Below, in pieces: positions 50,071-58,041 of a DNA stretch of 64,000 nucleotides. Positions within the stretch are counted from its first letter, which is position 1. Every line of letters begins with the position of its first letter. Below the pieces are notes generated by a model that was not told the DNA's origin, did no database searches, and was given only the letters and a program-made list of their open reading frames with translations. Position numbers and translations under genes: made by a program. This stretch comes from a phage, in NCBI GenBank assembly GCA_024682255.1, contig GCA_024682255.1_4716.1; one strand, written 5' to 3'.

Positions 50071-50511
50071 TTAGATATCATCATCCGTGGTGCCGTAGGA
50101 CATATGCTGAATTAATTTTCTCGGCTCGATGAAAATACGACATGTGATAAACACATCGGGATCGTATTGCTCCACGCAACGTCCGAAGGCTTGTTTTGCG
50201 GCTTGACGCACCGATGTTATTTCCTGATCGTTCATCGCATTATCGAATTCGATGTTGATCGTGATTTTATCGGGAAATAAATAGATAAAGTAATCGCCAC
50301 TGATACCACCATCATCAAAGTGACGTTCATTGTAACACTGGACGAGCTTACCTTCACGTTCTTTCTGATACCATCCAAGGATACTATTAAGACCTCTGTC
50401 CACGCATTCGAATGCTTGAGTAATAACATCCTCAACGACGGAGGCTGCCGTGGGACCATTGAATAGACGATCTAAGCGCTTTTTCATCGATTTGTCGGTT
50501 TTCATGTTCAT
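50071..50511 (-). CDS. hypothetical small protein (about 146 aa), array member 2
   Basis: The track's start at 50538 abuts the hairpin at 50543-50573 with no ribosome-binding site; the internal ATG at 50511 (MNMKTDK) with AGGAAAAG upstream is preferred. Start is uncertain. Confidence 0.6.
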   Translation of the reverse strand: MNMKTDKSMKKRLDRLFNGPTAASVVEDVITQAFECVDRGLNSILGWYQKEREGKLVQCYNERHFDDGGISGDYFIYLFPDKITINIEFDNAMNDQEITSVRQAAKQAFGRCVEQYDPDVFITCRIFIEPRKLIQHMSYGTTDDDI

Positions 50512-50542
50512 TGTTTCTTTTCCTGTTATAGTCAACATATAG

Positions 50543-50573
50543 CCCTTCCCCGGCCTTGACGGCTAGGGAAGGG
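50543..50573 (-). terminator. Hairpin of the dispersed family (cccttccc variant)
   Basis: cccttccc...gggaaggg arms; catatag precedes it on the plus strand. Confidence 0.5.
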
Positions 50574-50588
50574 TATGTTTACGTATAT

Positions 50589-50984
50589 TTACTCTTTGAC
50601 GTCAGTTGTCGTTTCGACATGCTTCTCACTACTGACGTACCAGAGCAGGTACGCTGGGAAAAGATTGACCTCTAAGCTAAATGGGATATTGTATTTCTCT
50701 TCCATTTTACAGAGATGTTCTTTAAGTAAATTTCTCGCGTCTCTGTCACCACGAACAGAGTGCCAGTCTAGTTCTTTGTTCTCCTTTACCAGGACCTCTA
50801 CGATGATACGTTGCTCGTGAACCTCGGTTTTCACAGTGAAAAGTAAATCGCTGCTATCAAAACGGGTAAAACGAATGTATGAACCTGGTGTTTTTTCTTG
50901 TTTAATAATATCGATCATGGTAGAAATGCGCGGATGATCGATGTTGTCGTTAACAGCTTTAACGATGGATTCTACAATGCTCAT
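50589..50984 (-). CDS. hypothetical small protein (131 aa), array member 3
   Basis: ATG at 50984 with AAGGAT upstream; AT-rich region upstream. Confidence 0.75.
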   Translation of the reverse strand: MSIVESIVKAVNDNIDHPRISTMIDIIKQEKTPGSYIRFTRFDSSDLLFTVKTEVHEQRIIVEVLVKENKELDWHSVRGDRDARNLLKEHLCKMEEKYNIPFSLEVNLFPAYLLWYVSSEKHVETTTDVKE

Positions 50985-51141
50985 TTTTTATCCTTAATGT
51001 TATCGATTTAGAAATATTACTTAATTACTGTTTTATTTATCGATGGTTGTTACCCATGATGGGAAAGCCGGATGGAAACAGAGCGTGAACGTAACCTTCG
51101 TATCGTATTTAATCGCTGAACTTTATCTTTGATAGACATGA

Positions 51142-51600
51142 TTACCCCTTAGCTCCTTCTTCGTCTGGAGAGTATTCCATCGTGTAGAATTCATAACCAT
51201 CGGAAAACTTGAGTGTTAATGTAATAGGGAAATCGCACGGCATAGCTGATTTCGTAAATGCGTTATTAGCAACATCAGCCAACCGACGTATAGCATCGGT
51301 CCCGCTGACGCTGAACGGTAGTTGTATGTTGATAAGGATACGACGCTTGTAAACATAGAAAACAACGGTACTGTCGAGATAAACGCTATGGAACGGTATT
51401 GTTGGGATGCGTTCCACAATGGTAAAATACGTCCCGTCATTATCGCTATGCCCCATCGACCAAATATCGGATTTGCGTAGATTTTGTTTGAGGGATTCGA
51501 TACTTCGAGTGACGGTCTCAGCAACAGGCGTGACGTAAGTGTCTCTATGCGAGTCGAAAAGTTCGTTGACGTTAGATTCGAATGAATACATTGTTGCCAT
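51142..51600 (-). CDS. hypothetical small protein (152 aa), array member 4
   Basis: ATG at 51600 with GAGGTAG upstream. Confidence 0.75.
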   Translation of the reverse strand: MATMYSFESNVNELFDSHRDTYVTPVAETVTRSIESLKQNLRKSDIWSMGHSDNDGTYFTIVERIPTIPFHSVYLDSTVVFYVYKRRILINIQLPFSVSGTDAIRRLADVANNAFTKSAMPCDFPITLTLKFSDGYEFYTMEYSPDEEGAKG

Positions 51601-51626
51601 TTTCTACCTCAATAGTTTAACCGGCA

Positions 51627-51652
51627 CGTGTCCCCACCTAACAAGGGACACG
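51627..51652 (-). terminator. Hairpin cgtgtccc-loop-gggacacg
   Basis: 8-bp stem between array members. Confidence 0.45.
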
Positions 51653-51666
51653 ATATCATCGATTAA

Positions 51667-52161
51667 TTACTCTTCTGTGTTTTCATTGTCAGGATCGTAG
51701 TGGAATTCGAACAGCCCTGAACCGTCGTGCCCGTTGATTGTTAGTATAACGGGCATATCGAATCCTCGGACGCGCGAATGAAAACACTGTGCTAATTTGA
51801 GTTTGGCGTATGCCACTATTTCATTGACGGCAATGCACGACTCACCTGTTATACTCAGTATAACGTCGATACTAACAATGTTGTCGTGCAACGCAAAACG
51901 CCAGCGATCGATACGATTATTATCTTTAGCAGGTGTCTCGTTTACGAGATAGACTTTATCGTCAACCGACAAAGCGGGACTCCAGCAACGTTCGTTTATT
52001 AAATTCGCCTGGAGTTTTAGTATCGTCTGATCAATAATATCCCAACACGCAACCAGCGTGGCGTCAGACACTGAATTGAGAAGGGTGAGTACTTTATCCT
52101 TTATTTTAAGTGCTTCCGCAGGACGCCCGCAAATACCATGCATTTCAACTTTCTTATTCAT
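51667..52161 (-). CDS. hypothetical small protein (about 164 aa), array member 5
   Basis: The track's start at 52167 is GTG; the ATG at 52159-52161 is used. Confidence 0.65.
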   Translation of the reverse strand: MNKKVEMHGICGRPAEALKIKDKVLTLLNSVSDATLVACWDIIDQTILKLQANLINERCWSPALSVDDKVYLVNETPAKDNNRIDRWRFALHDNIVSIDVILSITGESCIAVNEIVAYAKLKLAQCFHSRVRGFDMPVILTINGHDGSGLFEFHYDPDNENTEE

Positions 52162-52206
52162 ATTCACTTCTTTCTTAATCTAAATGTTAGTTGGGGGATG
52201 GGATGC

Positions 52207-52809
52207 TTACATGCTTTCTAGCATATTGACGATCATGGAACCCATACCGAAACTCGGTCTCTCACCGATATACTCAGCAAGTTGACGGTGTACGTCTTTT
52301 GGATTTCCTTCTTCACCGTCAGCATCGATGTAGACCGAAAAAGAAACCGAATCGGAATCCACGCTGATAACCAGACGACGTTCATTGCGTTCCTTGAGCG
52401 TGTCGACGATAGATGCTTTCAGTACCGGGATCGCATTCATCGCGTGCAAGATATCTCCATCAGGTCTCGCCAGATCGATCTTTTCTTTCAGGTCGATATT
52501 GATGTTGGTTACAATTGGGTTGAGGTCGACCTTGACATAATCGTTGGGATACATGCGAATAATCGCACGATCGATATCTGAACCGTAAAAGTCAACACGT
52601 GGCTTTAACACCTCTTTGTTTGGATCCATGTTTTCATCCATACCCGCCTGCAAGAAACGTTCTACGTTATCCAGTTCACGATAAACTGACGCTTCGATTT
52701 CTTTCAGATAGTTGGCTGCGGTTTCATGTTCTTTACGTAGCTCGTCTTTAAGGAGCTGTACGGTGGTTTCACTGGAACGAATGCTGTTCGCGAATTGGGT
52801 AATTGACAT
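52207..52809 (-). CDS. hypothetical small protein (about 200 aa), array member 6
   Basis: The track's start at 52839 is TTG; the ATG at 52807-52809 (MSITQF) with AAGGAA upstream is used. Confidence 0.65.
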   Translation of the reverse strand: MSITQFANSIRSSETTVQLLKDELRKEHETAANYLKEIEASVYRELDNVERFLQAGMDENMDPNKEVLKPRVDFYGSDIDRAIIRMYPNDYVKVDLNPIVTNINIDLKEKIDLARPDGDILHAMNAIPVLKASIVDTLKERNERRLVISVDSDSVSFSVYIDADGEEGNPKDVHRQLAEYIGERPSFGMGSMIVNMLESM

Positions 52810-52863
52810 ATCGAATTCCTTAAATTCTCTTGAGTTCAATTGATGATGAAAAGCTGTAAAAAA

Positions 52864-52881
52864 GGTGGGGCGAACCCCACC
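52864..52881 (-). terminator. Classic intrinsic terminator
   Basis: On the minus strand: GGUGGGG-UUCG-CCCCACC followed by UUUUUU, directly after the stop at 52907. Confidence 0.7.
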
Positions 52882-52906
52882 AAAACGTCAGACACACGCA
52901 GGAAAA

Positions 52907-53332
52907 TTAATTCAGTGACGCATATAAGGCATAACGACTGTAGATTTCAACCGCCGGTCCGTTATGCGTTAACAGACCATCCCGGTTGTAATACTGGAAA
53001 AATGAATAACGTTTGTCGAAGTGATAAACAAAAGCAATGTCTTTGCCGTCAAAACCTGTGATGCGTGGTCTGTTTTTATCTAGCAATGCTTTAACTTTTA
53101 ACAGTGTTGCCGCACGTGCTTTAACGTTAGGGATCAAGCCATCACAATCGATATAAACAGTGTAACCTGTTTCAGATGTTGCGACGGTCGTATTGCGATT
53201 GACGCGGAAGATTTTTGTTTCGTATGTACTATCTTCAAGAATTGGGTTTTGTTTTTCGTATTTTCGTTTACGCAGAAATTCTACAACGGTGATATAGTTA
53301 GCGGTAATATGCCCGGTTATAGCTTGTAACAT
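52907..53332 (-). CDS. hypothetical small protein (141 aa), array member 7
   Basis: ATG at 53332 with AAAGGATG upstream. Confidence 0.75.
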   Translation of the reverse strand: MLQAITGHITANYITVVEFLRKRKYEKQNPILEDSTYETKIFRVNRNTTVATSETGYTVYIDCDGLIPNVKARAATLLKVKALLDKNRPRITGFDGKDIAFVYHFDKRYSFFQYYNRDGLLTHNGPAVEIYSRYALYASLN

Positions 53333-53448
53333 CTCGACATCCTTTTATATTGGATTGATTGCAATTGTCTTAAATAGATGATAAGATATTTTGCTCTTAT
53401 CACTAAGGTAACGCTTACGCGTCGCGTTCATGATGCATGGCATCATGA

Positions 53449-53473
53449 AGGTAATGTAGTCGTGAAATAAACT
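53449..53473 (-). promoter_or_regulatory. Conserved leader motif, copy 3 of 3, with adjacent inverted repeat
   Basis: aggtaatgtagtcgtgaaataaact matches 14692-14716 at 20 of 21 positions; an inverted repeat ttcatgatg-catgg-catcatgaa lies at 53427-53449. Confidence 0.45.
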
Positions 53474-53504
53474 GCGTTAACACGAAATAAAAAACAGCAT
53501 AGAA

Positions 53505-53536
53505 CCCTCTCCCAACCCGTAAGGGAAGGGAGAGGG
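53505..53536 (-). terminator. Hairpin of the dispersed family (core type)
   Basis: Identical core to 14736-14767 and 60673-60704; an A-run and catag precede it on the plus strand. Confidence 0.6.
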
Positions 53537-53549
53537 AATATTAAAATTG

Positions 53550-54005
53550 TCACTTTATATTGAACGCTTTTCGCAACGCATTAAGAACTAAATTAATTTC
53601 TTGCGCTTGTAACTTTAATCCCTGTGCTGAGCCATCAAACCCAAGCCAACGCCATACAAGGCATTTTACAGGTTTGTTGCTATCGTCGATACTATATGTG
53701 ATCTCCAGTGTACTTTGATACGCGTAGTCACCATGTGTTTTCAGTGACTGATTGAAATAAATATCAAATGCTTCTTCTATAGCCTGTTTACCGCGATCGT
53801 TACAAACAAACGCGATGTATCCGTCGGAATATCCAACTTCCTCTGGATGTCCTTGGCAGGAGAAAATACTGATGGCGTCTTGCTGAGCAAGATTGAACAC
53901 CGTGAAGAAATCACCAAATAAAGGATCGAGATTTAATGCGTTGTTATCGATAAGGTTCCTTACCGCTTTACGGTATTCTCCCAGACTATTGTTCGCTGTA
54001 AACAT
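53550..54005 (-). CDS. hypothetical small protein (151 aa), array member 8
   Basis: ATG at 54005 with AAAGGTAA upstream. Confidence 0.75.
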   Translation of the reverse strand: MFTANNSLGEYRKAVRNLIDNNALNLDPLFGDFFTVFNLAQQDAISIFSCQGHPEEVGYSDGYIAFVCNDRGKQAIEEAFDIYFNQSLKTHGDYAYQSTLEITYSIDDSNKPVKCLVWRWLGFDGSAQGLKLQAQEINLVLNALRKAFNIK

Positions 54006-54015
54006 TCTTTTACCT

Positions 54016-54417
54016 TTAAATATCGTGGATAGCGGTGCCGTTTAGCCAACAATACAACTTAATGCGACACGGATAGCGATTCGTAGCCAAGAGCAGTTCA
54101 TCGCGTAAACGCTGGTAGATTTCATCCTGGTGTTCGCGATCAATGGGGTAATCGGCCCAACATTCGATCATGACGTCACCATTCGTCAGAATCGTCGTAC
54201 GCATCCTGTCCTGGATACGGCGGTCTTTCCCGGCATTAGGGAAATACATTCCTTCGGTACGAATAAGGTCGCCGCAGGGCATGACTAACCATTCGTTCGT
54301 TTTGCCGGTATTCTTATAATCCATTACAGCTTGCATTGCGGTGTCAACGCTAAAAGAAACATAATTCCAAACGGATGTCCAACGATAGATTGCGGGTTGT
54401 TCGAGTGTTTCGTTCAT
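54016..54417 (-). CDS. hypothetical small protein (133 aa), array member 9
   Basis: ATG at 54417. Confidence 0.7.
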   Translation of the reverse strand: MNETLEQPAIYRWTSVWNYVSFSVDTAMQAVMDYKNTGKTNEWLVMPCGDLIRTEGMYFPNAGKDRRIQDRMRTTILTNGDVMIECWADYPIDREHQDEIYQRLRDELLLATNRYPCRIKLYCWLNGTAIHDI

Positions 54418-54471
54418 GGAGTGCTTGTCCTATTTTTATTTTCTGCACAGGATAAATTCAACGGCATAAAG

Positions 54472-54510
54472 CCCTTCCCTGCCCTTATATGGGGCGGGAA
54501 GAGTTTATGA
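54472..54510 (-). terminator. Hairpin of the dispersed family (cccttccc variant with longer loop)
   Basis: cccttccctgccc-ttatat-ggggcgggaagag; cataa precedes it on the plus strand. Confidence 0.5.
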
Positions 54511-54631
54511 CCGCAATGAGAATCTCTCACGACAAGCTCACGACGATTATCGCATCACCCCGCGAGTGAGGGAGATCAGGATCACCTCCTACGTCGTAAC
54601 GACAGTAATCCCGTTAACGCCACCTTAGGCA

Positions 54632-55258
54632 TTATGCAAAGCGACGCATGTAACCTGCCAGATAGTTACGCGTATCGAAGTAAGCAATTTCAGGAATTGC
54701 GATGTTAAGGTCGATAGCGCGGATTTCAACTTGGCGACGGCTTTCATCATAGATCGCATCCATCAGACGCAGTACTGTCAGGAAAGCCATGCGGGTATGG
54801 TAGTCCAGCGGCATGTTGTCGATACCGCGATACAGATAACGGTTTGCGTTAAATGCCCCTTCGCTGTTATCTTTCCAGATCTTCAGAATATCAGCAAAGG
54901 CGGTGCGGAAAACCTCAGGATTATCCACATCCAGTAACGCACGGAAGGCAGACATTAAAGACCGCTGATGGCGGATCAACGACTGCGGCGTTTGCGGCAT
55001 GGTTGGACCCATTTCTTCCGCATATTTCTGGAACGGGGCAACCAGGGTTGCGGCACGAGAAGCCACGATAGAAACAGCAGGCGATTCTTTCACCGCTGGT
55101 TTCGCAGGCTTTTCTTCAACAACGGTTTCCTTCTTCTCAACAGCGACCGTTTCCGGCTGTGCTACAACATCACTAACCGGAGCATCTGCAACGGTGGTTT
55201 CTACCGCAGTAATCTCCTCGTCCATTTTTGCAGAACGTTGGTCTTTATTCTTGCTCAT
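54632..55258 (-). CDS. hypothetical protein (208 aa) with Ala/Glu/Val/Pro-rich N-terminal region
   Basis: ATG at 55258 with AAAGGAAA upstream. Confidence 0.75.
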   Translation of the reverse strand: MSKNKDQRSAKMDEEITAVETTVADAPVSDVVAQPETVAVEKKETVVEEKPAKPAVKESPAVSIVASRAATLVAPFQKYAEEMGPTMPQTPQSLIRHQRSLMSAFRALLDVDNPEVFRTAFADILKIWKDNSEGAFNANRYLYRGIDNMPLDYHTRMAFLTVLRLMDAIYDESRRQVEIRAIDLNIAIPEIAYFDTRNYLAGYMRRFA

Positions 55259-55283
55259 GTTTATTTCCTTTTGTTTAACAAGG

Positions 55284-56585
55284 TTAACTAATATAAAGTT
55301 CAGGATCGTAAGGCGCTAACGATACACTGGCGTTATGCATTGCTTTCATCATAGTGTTCATGAAAACGTTGTTTACACCGGTGATCTCTGCCCCGATCGC
55401 ATCTGGGGTTGGAGCCATCGCGTTACCGCAACAGGTAGCACAGTATTCCAATGGGCCTGCTTTACAACGTTGAGGATCACGTAACTTGATGGTCTGTCCT
55501 TCCAAGGAAGCGAGTAATTCAGCATCAATAAGTTTAAGCGCCGCGCCGTCGATCATGTAACGGCCGACAAGCAGCTTATCTTTGATGTGGTCGCGGTTTA
55601 CCGTGAACAGAATATGTTCGTGGGTACCACAGTCGTCCATCGTGATTTTAAGGTTCTGTGTCGCACGTTGCGATTCTTTCGCCGTCTGTCCAGCTAAAGC
55701 GGTCAACGCACCACGTGAGAACGAACCAGCACGTGCGCTGTTGTTGTACTCCGCCCAATGGTCGACACGCATCCCTTCAGCCAGGCTGTGTGTGATAACG
55801 TTACGTTTACCGGGGTCAACGAAGTCGGCTTCAACCCCCATCATGATGTGCGTTTTCTTTCGAGTATTACCGAAACTCTTGCCTGGGTTAATATAGAACC
55901 CTTCCGATTCATCGCCCTTAAAGGATTCCTTATCCATTTTGGTTAGCGTGGCTTCGAGTTTGATCAGTTCTTCAGGCGTGAACTTACCTTCCTCTTGTAA
56001 GCGTGCTAACTCTTTATCGCGATAGGCAATAATATCATCATCGACCGTTAACGCTTTATCGCTCATCGATGGGACAATTAAACGGTTGATAGCGGTTAAC
56101 GCACTGATATTGTTGGTGAATTTCTTCACTTCGCTTGCGTACAGCGGGCCAATAGGACGTTCGTTAGGATCGGGTATTCCCTCTTCGGGATCGTCAGCTA
56201 CGCGTGGCGCAATCAGTGACTCCAGTGTGCCGCTGGTCAACCGTCCTGCCTGGTATTCAATCTGAATACCGAAAGCATCATAAAGGACGTACATATTGAA
56301 CAGAGCTTCGCCGAAGGTTGTGGTGGTTGTGTTCTTAACCGACGGTAGATCGCCAGGTGCGAGCTCCAATGGCTCCCAGAAACTCAACAAGGGTTTTGTT
56401 GGCTCGGTTTCCCATTGGTGTTCTTCACCGTCGATGGTAACCGTAACGACGTTACCTTGACGACGTAATTTAGGCTGATACTTCTCAGCGCCGCCTTCCG
56501 TAAAAGCAAATGCGTCGTTAATCCATTCAAGATAACGGTAGTGCCCTTCACGCATCGCGTAAAGGAAATATTCACGAGGTGTCAT
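55284..56585 (-). CDS. multisubunit RNA polymerase beta-prime subunit, C-terminal fragment (bridge helix and trigger-loop region)
   Basis: ATG at 56585 with AAAGGAG upstream. The translation contains TMDDCGTHEHILF (bacterial beta-prime EDDCGTHEG), a preceding bridge-helix-like SRGALTALAGQTAKESQRATQNL, and a downstream CATCCG / AIGAEITG segment paralleling CAHCYG / GEAIGVIAAQSIGEPGTQ. The NADFDGD catalytic motif is absent, so the subunit is split. Confidence 0.8.
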   Translation of the reverse strand: MTPREYFLYAMREGHYRYLEWINDAFAFTEGGAEKYQPKLRRQGNVVTVTIDGEEHQWETEPTKPLLSFWEPLELAPGDLPSVKNTTTTTFGEALFNMYVLYDAFGIQIEYQAGRLTSGTLESLIAPRVADDPEEGIPDPNERPIGPLYASEVKKFTNNISALTAINRLIVPSMSDKALTVDDDIIAYRDKELARLQEEGKFTPEELIKLEATLTKMDKESFKGDESEGFYINPGKSFGNTRKKTHIMMGVEADFVDPGKRNVITHSLAEGMRVDHWAEYNNSARAGSFSRGALTALAGQTAKESQRATQNLKITMDDCGTHEHILFTVNRDHIKDKLLVGRYMIDGAALKLIDAELLASLEGQTIKLRDPQRCKAGPLEYCATCCGNAMAPTPDAIGAEITGVNNVFMNTMMKAMHNASVSLAPYDPELYIS

Positions 56586-56598
56586 GTAACAACTCCTT

Positions 56599-57471
56599 TT
56601 AAACCCGGGTCAGGTCACCGTGACGTGAAACGAACTCTGATAACGCTCGGGTTGCTTCTTTGGATTCTTCAGCCATCGGGAAGTTTGCGGTAATAAGTTC
56701 TCGTAAGACAGGGACGAGTTCGTTATCTTCGAGATCAGAAGCTAAAGCGAATGCAATCAGTTCTTGGGTGTATGCATACGGTTGCTGACGTAATGCAGTA
56801 AGCTGATCCCGACACTGCGACATTAGCAGGTCCAGTGGAACCGCTATCGTACCCCCTTCATCAATATACTGGCTGAACACCGGTGGGAACGCATCGCTGA
56901 TGACACGAATACGTCGACGAATATGATCCGGAATCTGGACGTTTTCTTCGTCGACGACGTTTTCGCTATCTTTCTCCAGCTTCTTGGTCAGTACCTGTTG
57001 AATGCGTGGGAGTAAGCTTGAATGTACGAAACCGATTAATGGGGTTACATTCGCAGCATCGACGCCGTAAATGTGACGCGTACATTCTGCTAACGCTTCA
57101 GCTGCGGTGTAGTCTTCATCTTCAACGATAGCAAGTAGAAAAGCGGTATCGTCGTGTGTTTCCAGGTCTAATAACGTAGACGCTAGCGCATGAAGATATT
57201 TCAGGCTATCCAGCGATAGCTGTCCTTCGTTAATTCGGATCCCGAAGGCAAGCAATTGTTGTTTATAAAGTTCGATACATCCGTTTGTTAAAATGATGTC
57301 TAATTCGTTTAAATCGTATTGTTCCCCAGCACCTGACAACATCGTACTGCAGAACGTTTCCAGTTGTTCACATTTAAAATCTTGGTATAAACGATGCGTG
57401 CAGTGCTGTAACAGCGTACGCCTTGTTTCAGGGATCTTACCTTCTAACAAAGCCAAGACGGAATCAATCAT
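56599..57471 (-). CDS. hypothetical protein (about 290 aa)
   Basis: The track's start at 57477 is GTG; the ATG at 57469-57471 with GGAG upstream is used. Confidence 0.7.
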   Translation of the reverse strand: MIDSVLALLEGKIPETRRTLLQHCTHRLYQDFKCEQLETFCSTMLSGAGEQYDLNELDIILTNGCIELYKQQLLAFGIRINEGQLSLDSLKYLHALASTLLDLETHDDTAFLLAIVEDEDYTAAEALAECTRHIYGVDAANVTPLIGFVHSSLLPRIQQVLTKKLEKDSENVVDEENVQIPDHIRRRIRVISDAFPPVFSQYIDEGGTIAVPLDLLMSQCRDQLTALRQQPYAYTQELIAFALASDLEDNELVPVLRELITANFPMAEESKEATRALSEFVSRHGDLTRV

Positions 57472-57567
57472 ATCCACTCCGATGCGGTAAATGTCTACTA
57501 GCTCTCATAATCTATTGAAGAAACTACCAGCTTACGCCAACTTAGATTAATCAGGAGTAACCATCCC

Positions 57568-58041
57568 ATGCCAGTTTCATCCAAACCAAGAAAAAAATCC
57601 GTAGGAAACCCTAAAGCTCAGGAAACAACAGCAATTCGTTGGGACGAGTTACGTGAACCTATCGAAAACTGCGAATTGTTATTAGGTACCCTGGGTGCGG
57701 CTATTTACCAAGCGACGCAGCCCTGTCGTTTACGATTAACCCAAAACAAACGTGATGAGTTCGTTGCGTTATCAACAAGCACGAATAAAGATCTGACCGA
57801 ACTTCAAACCGAATTGACGACGATCAAGAACTCCATTACGCCGATGTACGGTAAAGAAGTTGATGAACAAAGTATTCTGTTACAGTACAACTACGGGATG
57901 TCGTTAATGAACATCCTGGAACGCGCATCCGATATTCTGCGTCCTGACGTTGCACGCCTGAGCCAACTGCGTGTTGAAGGGATGGAGAACCAGATCCGAT
58001 TCGCTAACAGCGTTAAATCTCAAGGAGCCACCGAAGCATGA
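57568..58041 (+). CDS. hypothetical protein (157 aa)
   Basis: ATG at 57568; divergent from the gene at 56599-57471; the stop overlaps the next start (ATGA). Confidence 0.7.
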   Translation: MPVSSKPRKKSVGNPKAQETTAIRWDELREPIENCELLLGTLGAAIYQATQPCRLRLTQNKRDEFVALSTSTNKDLTELQTELTTIKNSITPMYGKEVDEQSILLQYNYGMSLMNILERASDILRPDVARLSQLRVEGMENQIRFANSVKSQGATEA

